Notes: a model not told the origin generated them from the sequence alone. A DNA stretch of 56,399 nt from Dehalococcoidales bacterium (GCA_035529395.1 DATKWT010000058.1:1-56399); one strand, 5' to 3'. Shown: positions 18,152 through 27,587, numbered from the stretch's first letter. A program made the numbers and translations.

Positions 18152-18781
18152 ATGCCAGAAGACAGGAAGGAATCTAAAGGCATAGACAGAAGGCAGTTTC
18201 TTACGGGGGCAGGTGCTGTTGCCATCACTGGTGCTATCGCCGGTCTCGCTGCCTGCTCACCGTCCACAACAAAAACAGAAGAGGAGGTCCCGATATCCGG
18301 GGTGATAACACATGACCCGACCATATGCTCCGGCTGCGGCGTGTGTGGCCTGATGTGTTCGCTGTATCACGAAGGTGAGCAGGGTCCGGCGCTGGCCAGG
18401 TCAGGAGTAGTCCGGGACCCCTTTACCTACGAATTCACCTTCAATGTATGCCAGCAGTGTCGTTCTCCAAGCTGCTACTTTGCCTGCCCACTGAAGGACA
18501 CGGCTCTATGCATTGATAGTGTGACCGGGGCCAGATACGTCAATGAAGAGAATTGCACCGGTTGTGAGAAGTGCATTGAAGCCTGTCCGTTTGACCCACC
18601 GAGGGTAGTACTGCATCCCGAGAAGAAGGTAGTTTTCTCCTGCAACCTGTGCATGGGCAGAGACAAGGGGCCGATATGCGTCGAATACTGCTCCATGAAG
18701 GCCCTGAGATATGTAACCAAGGATGAGAGGAAGGAAAATGGCGAAGTCGTACGGTTGGACCGGGAGTATTCTCTGGGTTGA
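18152..18781 (+). CDS. Tat-exported, lipobox-bearing 4Fe-4S multi-cluster subunit (DmsB/NrfC-like)
   Basis: The twin-arginine motif DRRQFLTGAG is followed by the hydrophobic region and GLAAC (a lipobox-like L-A-A-C). Several CxxCxxCxxxC-type motifs follow (CSGCGVCGLMC, CQQCRSPSC, CTGCEKCIEACP, CNLC...CVEYC). Confidence 0.8.
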   Translation: MPEDRKESKGIDRRQFLTGAGAVAITGAIAGLAACSPSTTKTEEEVPISGVITHDPTICSGCGVCGLMCSLYHEGEQGPALARSGVVRDPFTYEFTFNVCQQCRSPSCYFACPLKDTALCIDSVTGARYVNEENCTGCEKCIEACPFDPPRVVLHPEKKVVFSCNLCMGRDKGPICVEYCSMKALRYVTKDERKENGEVVRLDREYSLG

Positions 18782-20663
18782 CCTCACCAATAACAGGATA
18801 ACCAGGGTACCCACATCAGACTTTGAACCGGAGAAGTTCATTGGAGGGGTGGGGCTGAACACCAGGATATTCTGGGAACTGGGAAGCCCGAAGGTAGATG
18901 CTTTTCATCCTGACAGCCCCCTTCTAATATCAGTTGGCCCACTGACAGGTGCCAGCGGGCCGTTCAACAGGGCCGAAGTCTGCGGCATAGCGCCTCAGTG
19001 TTATCCGGAGGAGCTGTTCGCCTATTCGGGGTTCGGGGGGAAATTCCCTTCTGAGCTCAAGTACGCCGGCTACGATGGCATAGTCATTCTGGGGAAGGCG
19101 GACAGACCGGTCTATCTGTCGATACACAACGATGATGTGGAACTCAAGGACGCCAGGCACCTGTGGGGAGTAGACACCTTTGAGACACAGCAAACGCTGA
19201 TGAGCAGTCATCCCAGGGCCTCGGTGCTGACCATAGGCCCGGCCGGAGAGAACCTCTCCCGTCTTTCCATAATTCTGAATGAGACTGCCAGCGCTGCCGG
19301 CCAGGGTGGCTACGGGGCTGTCATGGGGTCAAAGAACCTGAAGGCAATAGTCGTCCGGGGGACCGGTTCTCTGAAGATTGCCAGACCTGACGATTTCCTG
19401 GGACTGGTCAGTGACAGGATGGCGGCGGGTGAATGGTTGAGTGGAGCAGCACAATCATGGGGTAGATATCCCTTGTGCGGAGAGGTTATTAAGGCAGACA
19501 TGCAAATCAACCATCTTAAAAAATTCGCCGGCTGTTACGGATGCCCCTACCAGTGCATGGGTTTCTACGATATCCCGGGCATAGGCAAAGGCGCCCAGAT
19601 GTGTGTCGAAGCGTGGTACGGGTATTTCACCAGAGACAGTTCCGAGGGCTACTGGGAAGGAAATATCCTCTCACAGAAGCTGGGCATTAACAACTACGAG
19701 CTGCTGGGAATGATGATATTCCTTACGGCAGCCGTCGGCTACGGAGCTGCCAGTAAAAAGGACCTGGGTTTATCAACTATTCCGCAGATAGACTATGCCG
19801 GGCAACGGCAGTACGGCGGGCAGAAAGCTCACCACAAGTTCCTCACGGAGCTGCTGAACGGAATAGCCGACGGGACCAGTCTGCTGTCCCAGGGCGTGGG
19901 TAGAGCGGCAGAGCAGCTAGGCCAGAGGGCTGTGGACCTGTATCAAGAGCGATATCCGGCCAGGGGCTATACATCCCATCATATAGAAAACGTGGGGTCG
20001 GCTTTGCACTGGGCTACCGACACCAGAGACCCATATAGCTCCTGTCACGACTACGTCTTTACTTTCGGTCCGTATCCACAAATAGCTGCCCACTTTGGAG
20101 TACCCGGTGGTGATATGACTCCAGGCGGGAAAAAGAATGTGTATGAGCGAACAGAAGATCAGACCGCCTGGGTACAGAACCACCAGAGTCTGAAGAATTC
20201 CCTGCCGATATGTGAATACGCAAGCATACCATACGCATTCTATCATCCACCCGCTATGGATATAAGAATCTTTGAAAGCCAGGTCCTGTCCGCAGTTACC
20301 GGGATAGATTACAGTGTAGACAAGCTATGGGAAGCGGGAGAGAGAATCTGGGCCCTTCGTAGAGCCATTATGGTACTCAGAGAGAACCGTACAAGGGAAG
20401 ATGATACCTTGAGCCACGTCTGGTTTGAGCAAATAGCTGGTGGGGACCAGACACTGGCTGCACCACTGGATAGAGACCAGTGGGAAGCCCTCAAAGACAG
20501 GTACTACGGCGTACGCGGCTGGGACGTCAGCACCGGCTGGCCTGCCAGAGCCAGACTGGAAGAGCTGGGCATGAAGGACGTGGCTGACACGCTGCAGAGC
20601 GCCGGTAAACTGGGCCAGCACAGCCGGCAAGAGCCTCAGATAGCAAGTGCCCCCTCTCGCTGA
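18738..20663 (+). CDS. aor: Aldehyde:ferredoxin oxidoreductase (AOR) family tungsto-/molybdopterin enzyme
   Basis: The N-terminus SYGWTGSILWVDLTNN..., GGVGL and GPAGENLSR are typical of the AOR N-domain. The CYGCPYQC (CxxCxxxC) cluster motif is present. ATG 18738 has a GAGGAAGGAAA SD. It overlaps the upstream FeS gene by 44 nt and has no signal peptide of its own. Confidence 0.85.
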   Translation: MAKSYGWTGSILWVDLTNNRITRVPTSDFEPEKFIGGVGLNTRIFWELGSPKVDAFHPDSPLLISVGPLTGASGPFNRAEVCGIAPQCYPEELFAYSGFGGKFPSELKYAGYDGIVILGKADRPVYLSIHNDDVELKDARHLWGVDTFETQQTLMSSHPRASVLTIGPAGENLSRLSIILNETASAAGQGGYGAVMGSKNLKAIVVRGTGSLKIARPDDFLGLVSDRMAAGEWLSGAAQSWGRYPLCGEVIKADMQINHLKKFAGCYGCPYQCMGFYDIPGIGKGAQMCVEAWYGYFTRDSSEGYWEGNILSQKLGINNYELLGMMIFLTAAVGYGAASKKDLGLSTIPQIDYAGQRQYGGQKAHHKFLTELLNGIADGTSLLSQGVGRAAEQLGQRAVDLYQERYPARGYTSHHIENVGSALHWATDTRDPYSSCHDYVFTFGPYPQIAAHFGVPGGDMTPGGKKNVYERTEDQTAWVQNHQSLKNSLPICEYASIPYAFYHPPAMDIRIFESQVLSAVTGIDYSVDKLWEAGERIWALRRAIMVLRENRTREDDTLSHVWFEQIAGGDQTLAAPLDRDQWEALKDRYYGVRGWDVSTGWPARARLEELGMKDVADTLQSAGKLGQHSRQEPQIASAPSR

Positions 20664-20966
20664 TTGTGACCGGTTTGAAACTTGGACCGTGGCCGAATAT
20701 TCGGTCCAATATCCTGTTCACATTTCGCACAGGCAGGGGTTCGTGGTATACTTGAACAGACGCCCGGTCGCGTCATCGGGTCAAGACCGGAGATAGGGAA
20801 ACCGTTTCTCCCGTCTATTATTGCCCTGCTGATGGCACCGGGAACTCGAACGAAACGGACTGCCCGTTCAGCATGAATCATTATTCCGTCTTGTTAACGA
20901 GATCTATAGGAGCTGGTTACAACGTACTGTAGCATCCCGGGGCTTGAACTCTGGAGGAGGGACTGG

Positions 20967-21605
20967 ATGGAGAATATAGAACTGGAAACCACTCGTCGGG
21001 AGATGCTGGGAAAGGAAGTCAGGTTCCTGCGTCGCCAGGGTATTATGCCTGTTCATCTTTTTGGCCATGGTGTCGAGTCACTAGCCTTGCAGTGCGATGC
21101 CACAAGTCTGCAACAGACATTATCCAGAGCGGGGCAGACAAGGCTTATCAACATCAAAATACATGGGGAAAAAAAGCCAAGACCAGTCGTAGTCCGTGGA
21201 GTCCACCGAGAGCCGGTAAGAGGCGGGCTGCTCCATGTGGATTTCTTTCAGGTCAGTATGAAAGAGCGGGTGAAGATAGACGTGCCTCTTATCCTGGTAG
21301 GGGAAGCACCGATCTTGAAATCGAGAGAGCACATGATAGTGCAGGAGCTGAATACGCTGGCTGTCGAGTGTCTTCCGGCCAGTATGCCGGGTAGTCTGGA
21401 CCTGGATGTCAGTTCTCTCTCAGAGCCGGACCAGGTCCTGCGGGTAAAAGATATTGAAGTCAATGAGGATGTCACGGTCCAGGATGACGCCGAGCTTGTT
21501 GTTGTGCGGGTCATACTGCGGCCGATAGCTAAGGTGGAAGAACCCGTGATAGCAGAAGAAGTAGCTGAACCTGAGGAAGAACCTTCACCGGCTGAAGGCG
21601 AGTAA
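20967..21605 (+). CDS. rplY: 50S ribosomal protein L25/general stress protein Ctc
   Basis: 212 aa with an L25/Ctc pattern (RREMLGKEVRFLRRQGIMPVHLFGHG..., HVDFFQV) and an acidic C-terminal tail. A GGAGGAGGG SD is present. Confidence 0.85.
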   Translation: MENIELETTRREMLGKEVRFLRRQGIMPVHLFGHGVESLALQCDATSLQQTLSRAGQTRLINIKIHGEKKPRPVVVRGVHREPVRGGLLHVDFFQVSMKERVKIDVPLILVGEAPILKSREHMIVQELNTLAVECLPASMPGSLDLDVSSLSEPDQVLRVKDIEVNEDVTVQDDAELVVVRVILRPIAKVEEPVIAEEVAEPEEEPSPAEGE

Positions 21606-21661
21606 CCGGGAGAACAGTTTCCCTCGATATGATATCGGCTGGCCAGGCATTGATTCCTGGG

Positions 21662-21690
21662 TTGCAAATTCGGTTTAATTGCTGTATAAT
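21662..21690 (+). promoter_or_regulatory. Near-consensus sigma70-type promoter
   Basis: TTGCAA (21662-21667), a 17-nt spacer, then TATAAT (21685-21690). It lies about 125 nt upstream of the zinc-ribbon gene. Confidence 0.6.
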
Positions 21691-21815
21691 ACATAATAGG
21701 TTTTAGAGTAGGTTATTGCATACTAATTCAACCCTCAAGTTACATCCCAACGGGTCCACATACAAGTGTCAGATGACCGAAACTCTTACCGAGTATATAA
21801 GAGAGGAGGTCATCC

Positions 21816-22124
21816 ATGGCCTACGAAGACAGGACCATAACATGCTACGATTGTGGCGCCACTTTCACGTTCAGCGCTGAGGAACAGGAGTTCTTTGCTT
21901 CCAAGGGATACGAGAACGACCCCAAGCGCTGTCCCTCCTGTCGTGAGGCAAGGAAAGCGAACCGCCAGAGTACTGGTGGTTACGGTTTCAGGAGCCAGCG
22001 ACAGATGTTCCCCGCGGTGTGTGCCCAGTGTGGCAAAGACACCGAAGTACCGTTCCAGCCCCGTGAAGGCAGACCGGTATATTGTAGCGATTGCTACAGC
22101 AAGATGAGCCTGAACAGGCGATAG
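21816..22124 (+). CDS. Small double zinc-ribbon protein (CxxC-x17-CxxC type)
   Basis: TCYDCGATFTFSAEEQEFFASKGYENDPKRCPSCR and CAQCGKDTEVPFQPREGRPVYCSDCY form two CxxC...CxxC ribbons. The SD AGAGGAGG is strong. Confidence 0.75.
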   Translation: MAYEDRTITCYDCGATFTFSAEEQEFFASKGYENDPKRCPSCREARKANRQSTGGYGFRSQRQMFPAVCAQCGKDTEVPFQPREGRPVYCSDCYSKMSLNRR

Positions 22125-22143
22125 TAGTAACCTGCATTTTAAG

Positions 22144-22177
22144 AAACGCATGGACCAGGTACCTGGTCCATGCGTTT
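22144..22177. terminator. Bidirectional rho-independent terminator between convergent genes
   Basis: Perfect palindrome AAACGCATGGACCAGG-TA-CCTGGTCCATGCGTTT (about 15-16 bp stem). T-rich runs follow on both strands. Confidence 0.75.
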
Positions 22178-22320
22178 CACTTTCTGCTCCCTGAAGTCTG
22201 TCCGGGTAAGCCTATGGTTGTTGTCAGGTCAGGATTACTTGCCGGCGTATTCTGGGGATTAGTCACCGGTCGGCATCTCAGGGGGTGCGAACGACCATGC
22301 GATGTACATGCCGTACAGCC

Positions 22321-23871
22321 TCATCCCCCGCCGTACTTTTTCCTCAGGGCGGGTTTTTCTATCTTACCGGTCGGGTTACGCGGTACTTTATCGAAAAAGA
22401 ATCGGCGTGGCCGTTTATAGCGGGGCAAATGCTCTTCGCAGAAGGCCAGAACATCGTCTGCGGTGAGGGTCTCACCGGGGTTTGGGTCGATTACGGCTAC
22501 GGCTATCTCTCCCAGTCTTTCGTCAGGGATACCGATTACGGCAACGTCGTAGACCCCGGGATGACTCTGGATGATGTCCTCAACTTCTACCGGATAGATA
22601 TTCTCACCGCCAGTAATCACCACGTCCTTCTTCCGGTCGGTCAGGTAGATGAAACCGTCATCGTCCATCCTAGCGATATCGCCGGTGTATAGCCAGCCGT
22701 TTCTCAGGGTCTCGGCTGTCCTGGCCGGATTCTTGTGGTACTCCTTCATCACACCATCGCCCCTGACGAGCAGCTCTCCGTTCTCTCCGGGGGCAACATC
22801 GTTGCCCTGTTCACCGACTATTCGTACCTGCCAGCCTTCTCCAGCCTTACCGATTGCACCTACCTTGTGCTCGTTCTCTATTCCGAGATGGACGCACCCC
22901 GGTCCGGTCGCTTCACTCAGACCGTAGTTGGTATCGTACTGCATTGCCGGGAAATACTCTTTCCAGCGTCGCACCAGACTGGGAGGCACTGGTTGGGCTC
23001 CGATGTGCATCAGCCGCCAGCAACTCAGGTCGTAGTCCTCAATCCTGAGTTCTCCACGGTCCAGTGCACCGAGGATATCCTGCGCCCACGGTACCAGCAG
23101 CCAGACGATTGTCCCTCTCTCGCTGTCCACGGCCTCAAAGATGCTCTGCGGGTTAACCTCGGTTAATATGGTAGCCCTGCCCCCGACGAGCAGGCTACCG
23201 AACCAGTGCATCTTAGCGCCGGTGTGGTATAGCGGTGGGATGAGAACGAAGTTATCTTCGTGCCGTTGATAATGGTGGCGCTGCTCGGTTATTGCGGCGA
23301 ACTCCATGTTGCGGTGAGTGAGCACAATTGGCTTCGGGTCACCGGTGGTCCCGGAGGTGAAGTACAGACCGCAGGTGTCGTCATCTCCCAGCGGCACGTC
23401 CAATGATTGGGAAGACGCCTCGGCAATAAGGGCCTCGAGGTCTTCCATGCCATCGGGCAGGTCCTGCCCGACAAACAGGTAGTCCCTGATGGTGGACAGA
23501 TGCGTGCGGATTTCGGCTATCCTGTCGATAAACTCCTCTCCGAGGACCATTGCCCTCGCCTCGGAGATATCAACGCAATACCGGATGTCCTTCGCACTGA
23601 ACCGGAAGTTGAGCGGGACCGCCCAGGCACCGGTGCGGATGATACCGAAATAGGCTTCCAGCCAGGCTACCGAGTTCATCATCAGGTGAATGACGCGGTC
23701 ACCCTTGTCGATACCTCTCTCGGTGAGCACACACGCTATCCGGTTCGCTCTATCATTGAATTCCTTCCAGGTAACCTGACGTCTTATCCCCTGGCTGGGC
23801 TTCAGCTCGATGAGGGCAGTCTCATCCGGGTACTCCCCGGCATTCCTTTCGAGCATATCAACTATGGTCAT
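22321..23871 (-). CDS. AMP-forming acyl-CoA synthetase/ligase (class I adenylate-forming)
   Basis: YFTSGTTGDPKPI AMP-binding motif, YHTGA, GWLYTGDIARMDDDGFIYLTDRKKD and a C-terminal KIEK are present. Confidence 0.85.
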   Translation of the reverse strand: MTIVDMLERNAGEYPDETALIELKPSQGIRRQVTWKEFNDRANRIACVLTERGIDKGDRVIHLMMNSVAWLEAYFGIIRTGAWAVPLNFRFSAKDIRYCVDISEARAMVLGEEFIDRIAEIRTHLSTIRDYLFVGQDLPDGMEDLEALIAEASSQSLDVPLGDDDTCGLYFTSGTTGDPKPIVLTHRNMEFAAITEQRHHYQRHEDNFVLIPPLYHTGAKMHWFGSLLVGGRATILTEVNPQSIFEAVDSERGTIVWLLVPWAQDILGALDRGELRIEDYDLSCWRLMHIGAQPVPPSLVRRWKEYFPAMQYDTNYGLSEATGPGCVHLGIENEHKVGAIGKAGEGWQVRIVGEQGNDVAPGENGELLVRGDGVMKEYHKNPARTAETLRNGWLYTGDIARMDDDGFIYLTDRKKDVVITGGENIYPVEVEDIIQSHPGVYDVAVIGIPDERLGEIAVAVIDPNPGETLTADDVLAFCEEHLPRYKRPRRFFFDKVPRNPTGKIEKPALRKKYGGG

Positions 23872-23912
23872 TGACCGGTAAACCTCCGGTGGCCCTGATT
23901 AATTTGGCGCTG

Positions 23913-25217
23913 CTATGGACCTGCCAGGCCGGGCAGGAATGTGGCTATTTTGGGCCAGGCTATCAGTATTGCTACGGCAATAATAAGAGCGCCGAGGAAG
24001 GGGAATATCCCCTTGAAGATGGTCTCCAGGGGCACGTCCTTGGCAATCCCCTTGATGACATAGACGTTTATACCCACTGGTGGTGTGATTACGCCCATCT
24101 CCGTTACCAGTACAATTATCACACCAAACCAGATGGGGTCAAACCCCAGAGTCATCACCAGCGGGTAGATAATAGGTATGGTGAGGGTAATCAGGGCGAG
24201 GGCATCCATGAAAAAGCCACCCAGCAGGTACATGAGGATTATTATGGCCATGATGGCCGTTGTTGGTAACGGCAGCCCGCCCACCCACTCGGCCAGCATG
24301 AAGGGGATTCTGGTCACGGCAATGAAGTGTCCGAAGAGGACAGCCCCGGTGATGATAACAATAACCTGACAGGTGACCTTCAGCGCATCTGTAACGGCAA
24401 AGCGGAATCCCTCCCAGGTGATCTGACGCCGAGATAGTCCGATGAGCAGCGCACCGGCAGCACCGACTGCTCCTGCCTTGGTCGGGTCAAACCATCCCAG
24501 GAAGAGCCCGCCCATTACCAGAGCAAAGAGGATGAGCATCTCGGTGGTGCTGCCAAGTCCGGCAATCTTCTCCCGCCACGTGGTCGGTTTTCCGGCCGGT
24601 GCCAGCGAAGGGTTACGCCAGCATAACAGAAAAACTACGGTTATAAAGAGCACCGCCAGCAACAGACCCGGGAAGACCCCCGCCATAAAGAGCTTCCCGA
24701 TGGACTGCTCCGTAAGTATCCCGTAGACGATGAATATGGTGCTTGGCGGAATGAGGATACCGAGGCTACCGGCTGCGGCAACACTACCCGTCGCCAGTGA
24801 GTCATCACAGCCGTAGCGCTTCATCTCCGGCAGGGAGACACGGCCCATGGCTGCCGCGGTTGCCGTGGTTGACCCACAAATGGCGGCGAAGCCGGCGCAG
24901 CCGGCAATGGTTGCCATGACAAGACCACCACGCACCTGGCCAAAGAGCTTGTGACTGGCGTCATAGAGTCTGCGACTCATACCTGTGGTATAGGCCAGGG
25001 AGCCCATTAGCATAAACATCGGGATGACGGTAAGCGAATAGGACGAGAACTGCTCGAAGAAGTCCAGTGCAAGGCGGCTCAATCCAACGTCCGGCGATAC
25101 CAGTAAGGCATAGCCGACCAGCCCGACGAATGCCATGGCGAATCCGACCGGCATCCCGACGAGCATGATGGCAACCAGGGCGACAACGCCGATAATGCCT
25201 GCTATGACGGGATTCAC
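23913..25217 (-). CDS. dctM: TRAP transporter large permease subunit
   Basis: 434-aa polytopic membrane protein with a DctM-like pattern. Its GTG start overlaps the dctQ stop (GTGA). Confidence 0.85.
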   Translation of the reverse strand: MNPVIAGIIGVVALVAIMLVGMPVGFAMAFVGLVGYALLVSPDVGLSRLALDFFEQFSSYSLTVIPMFMLMGSLAYTTGMSRRLYDASHKLFGQVRGGLVMATIAGCAGFAAICGSTTATAAAMGRVSLPEMKRYGCDDSLATGSVAAAGSLGILIPPSTIFIVYGILTEQSIGKLFMAGVFPGLLLAVLFITVVFLLCWRNPSLAPAGKPTTWREKIAGLGSTTEMLILFALVMGGLFLGWFDPTKAGAVGAAGALLIGLSRRQITWEGFRFAVTDALKVTCQVIVIITGAVLFGHFIAVTRIPFMLAEWVGGLPLPTTAIMAIIILMYLLGGFFMDALALITLTIPIIYPLVMTLGFDPIWFGVIIVLVTEMGVITPPVGINVYVIKGIAKDVPLETIFKGIFPFLGALIIAVAILIAWPKIATFLPGLAGP

Positions 25218-25714
25218 TTCTTCACCACTTGTAGAATTGCCCGCAGCAACTGGCTCAGCATCACCAGGCAGACAGGGATACAGCAGAAGGCTATGGCGTA
25301 AATGAAGGGGTGGAACGGGATTCGCTGGGTCATCGAGACCTGGCCGGTAGTCTGGACAATGCGGGCATATTCAAAGCTCCGCCAGGCGAGTAGCGCGAAC
25401 AGACCGAGGCCGAGTAGAGATACGAAGGCAGAAACAGCCGACTGTACCCGTGGCGGCATTCGAGTCGTGAAGAACTCTACCTGGACATGGCCGCGCTCTA
25501 ACAGTGTATAGCTGAGGGCAAAGGCCGTTACCAGTACCCCGAGGTAGCCGACTATCTCAATTGCTCCGGGTACCGGCTGGCTGAAGAGCTTGATGCCGAC
25601 GATATCGGCAATGGTGATTGCCAGCATGCCCACGAGGGCGATACCGGCAATCACGGTCACCCAGCGTGATGATTTATCGGCAAACCTCTCAAGGCGCTCA
25701 ACTATCCGTGACAT
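25214..25714 (-). CDS. dctQ: TRAP transporter small permease subunit
   Basis: Four-TM protein lying between dctP and dctM. I prefer ATG 25714 (MSRIVERLERF...), a typical short DctQ N-terminus. The track's GTG at 25765 is an alternative. Confidence 0.75.
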   Translation of the reverse strand: MSRIVERLERFADKSSRWVTVIAGIALVGMLAITIADIVGIKLFSQPVPGAIEIVGYLGVLVTAFALSYTLLERGHVQVEFFTTRMPPRVQSAVSAFVSLLGLGLFALLAWRSFEYARIVQTTGQVSMTQRIPFHPFIYAIAFCCIPVCLVMLSQLLRAILQVVKK

Positions 25715-25792
25715 AACTCCATATAACCAACAGGGTGCCCGTGGCAGATTACCTGCTGCGGACACCCTGACTTGCTGCTATCTGCCGGTTGA

Positions 25793-26899
25793 CTAGTCTT
25801 GCGGAAGGAGTGGTACCAGCTCATCCTCAACCCACTGGGCACTCTGTTCAGCTGTCGGTGTCCGGCTGCCCCAGTAGGCAACTCGCTCCAGTATGTAGGC
25901 CTGATACTCGGCCGCGCTTAATCCCGCTTCTGTCTTATCAGCTATATACTGCTCAATCAGTGGGTCTACTGCCACCTCTACCCAGCGGGCCATTTCTGCT
26001 TCAGGAAGCTCGATAACCTCCCGGTCACCACCGAGGCTCAGGAAGTAGTCAATGCCGGCCTTATCGTAGTAGTCCCAGACCTGGCCGTGCTTCAAAATCC
26101 ATTCTTCACTGACATCGCTGAAAACCTTCTGAACGTCGACCGGCAGGGAATCCCACTTGTCCTTGTTCATAACCACGAACATCATGGTCGTGTTGCCGAC
26201 ATCGTAGCAGCCGGTCACGTATTTCACTACATCGGCCTGTTTCCACCCCTTGAGAACCTCCCGAGGTGTGAAACTACCGTTGACGACGTTCTTGGAGAGC
26301 ATCTCATAAGCCTCCCCCTGGGAGGCGCCGTAGCCCTCCGCTCCGAGGGCCTCTACAATACTGGCACCAATACCGGTGGACCTTATTACCAGGCCCTTGA
26401 GGTCTTCCATGGTGCGTACGGCTTTCTCGGTGGTGAAGATGACTCCGGGACCATGCGCGTGGAAGTAGAGGGGGTGGGTATCATCGAGCTCGGCAGGCTT
26501 GAACTCCTGGTAGAAGTCGTTGGCGACCCTGGTAGCCACCCACCCATTAGGGTAGGCATGTGGCAGGTCAACCAATTCGCAGGCTGGGAAGCGCCCGGGC
26601 GTGTAGGCGAAGACGGACATGGCGATATCGGCAATGCCCTGGACCACGCCGTCATAGGTCTGCGGTGCAGATACCAGCGAACCGCCGGGGTAGTAGGTTA
26701 TCTTGACCTTTCCGTCAGTCCTGCTCTCGACCTCTTTTATCCACTCCTCCGCCAGTATGGAGTGCAGGTGGGTGGGTGGGAAAAAGTTACTGTAGGTTAG
26801 CTCAATCGTCTCAAGTGGCTGTTCTTCGCTCTGGCAGCCCGGTAACACACATAGAGCCACTACCAGGGATACCAGAATTACCAGGGTATTTTTCTTCAC
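25793..26899 (-). CDS. dctP: TRAP transporter substrate-binding protein, lipoprotein
   Basis: DctP-like periplasmic binding protein. GTG 26899 has a GGAGG SD 8 nt upstream and gives the signal peptide VKKNTLVILVSLVVALCVLPGC with a lipobox. The track start at 26959 is probably over-extended. Confidence 0.8.
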   Translation of the reverse strand: MKKNTLVILVSLVVALCVLPGCQSEEQPLETIELTYSNFFPPTHLHSILAEEWIKEVESRTDGKVKITYYPGGSLVSAPQTYDGVVQGIADIAMSVFAYTPGRFPACELVDLPHAYPNGWVATRVANDFYQEFKPAELDDTHPLYFHAHGPGVIFTTEKAVRTMEDLKGLVIRSTGIGASIVEALGAEGYGASQGEAYEMLSKNVVNGSFTPREVLKGWKQADVVKYVTGCYDVGNTTMMFVVMNKDKWDSLPVDVQKVFSDVSEEWILKHGQVWDYYDKAGIDYFLSLGGDREVIELPEAEMARWVEVAVDPLIEQYIADKTEAGLSAAEYQAYILERVAYWGSRTPTAEQSAQWVEDELVPLLPQD

Positions 26900-27140
26900 C
26901 GGTTCAACCTCCGACAATAGAATCGCAGTTCTTAGACCTGACCGGACATCAGTCCCCATTCAAAGAGGCCTCCCGGATGGGAGGACTTCACGTGCGATGA
27001 CGCTTCCAGCACGCTCGGTACACTGTATCACAACCCACTACGGCAGGTCAAAGCTGACCCGGAGCCTGCTGCAAGTTGTCAGCCATCCGTATCACCGAGC
27101 ATAATCTGCCGATATAGGAGAAGGTATGGTGTGAAACAGA

Positions 27141-27443
27141 TTACCAGGGTGTTTCACGTTCCTTAAGGGTCTCGATGAGATCAGCGATAGTTATCGCCGC
27201 CAGTGTCAGTGTCTGGTACATCCCGCGGGCACTGAGCCGTATTGCCAGCTTGGCGATCGCCTCATTGCTGGGGGCCTCCACGATATTGACGAAGTCGTAC
27301 TGCCCCAGAAGGGCGTACTGGTCAATGATTTTTACCCCCATGAGCTCCATCTCTTTGTTGATTCCCTGGAGGGCTTCGGGGTCTTCCTGGATGGCCTTCC
27401 TGCCGGCGTCAGTTAGCGTGGTGAGCATAAGGTAGACGGACAT
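27141..27443 (-). CDS. GYD domain-containing protein
   Basis: 100 aa. MSVYLMLTTLTDAGRKAI...GQYDFVNIVEAPSNEA matches the GYD family pattern. A GGGAGG SD is present. Confidence 0.7.
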   Translation of the reverse strand: MSVYLMLTTLTDAGRKAIQEDPEALQGINKEMELMGVKIIDQYALLGQYDFVNIVEAPSNEAIAKLAIRLSARGMYQTLTLAAITIADLIETLKERETPW

Positions 27444-27497
27444 TTCTTACCTCCCTGGATAGGGTCTCTGCGGGATTCCAGCAGGAATCCCGCCAGT

Positions 27498-27506
27498 ATT
27501 ATAGCA
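27498..27506 (-). promoter_or_regulatory. Extended -10 element (TGCTATAAT) for the GYD/TRAP/acyl-CoA synthetase transcription unit
   Basis: The minus strand reads CCTGCTATAATACTGG. No good -35 is present. A 10-bp stem hairpin (GCGGGATTCC-TGCT-GGAATCCCGC) follows in the predicted 5' UTR. Confidence 0.4.
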
Positions 27507-27541
27507 GGTCTGGCATACCGGTGTATCAATGCCGGGCTGCG

Positions 27542-27553
27542 AGTATGCGTACT
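27542..27553. promoter_or_regulatory. 12-bp near-palindrome AGTATGCGTACT (candidate operator, distal copy)
   Basis: It is the exact reverse complement of 27960-27971. Its centre is about 44.5 nt upstream of the minus-strand -10 element. Confidence 0.45.
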
Positions 27554-27587
27554 AAAGTGAGTCCAGATTCAGAATGCCCACCTCAGG

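Noticed and set aside
18152-20663. Formate dehydrogenase or reductive dehalogenase operon, suggested by fdhD adjacency and the Tat signal
   Set aside because: The catalytic subunit has AOR-family hallmarks: the YGWxGxILxVDL N-terminus and a mid-protein CxxCxxxC. These are not those of a Mo/W-bisPGD formate dehydrogenase or a corrinoid RdhA. No selenocysteine-type in-frame TGA was seen.
20684-20707. Terminator after the AOR gene (GGACCG...CCGAATATTCGG...CGGTCC)
   Set aside because: A stem is present but no T-rich tail follows. It was left unannotated as uncertain.
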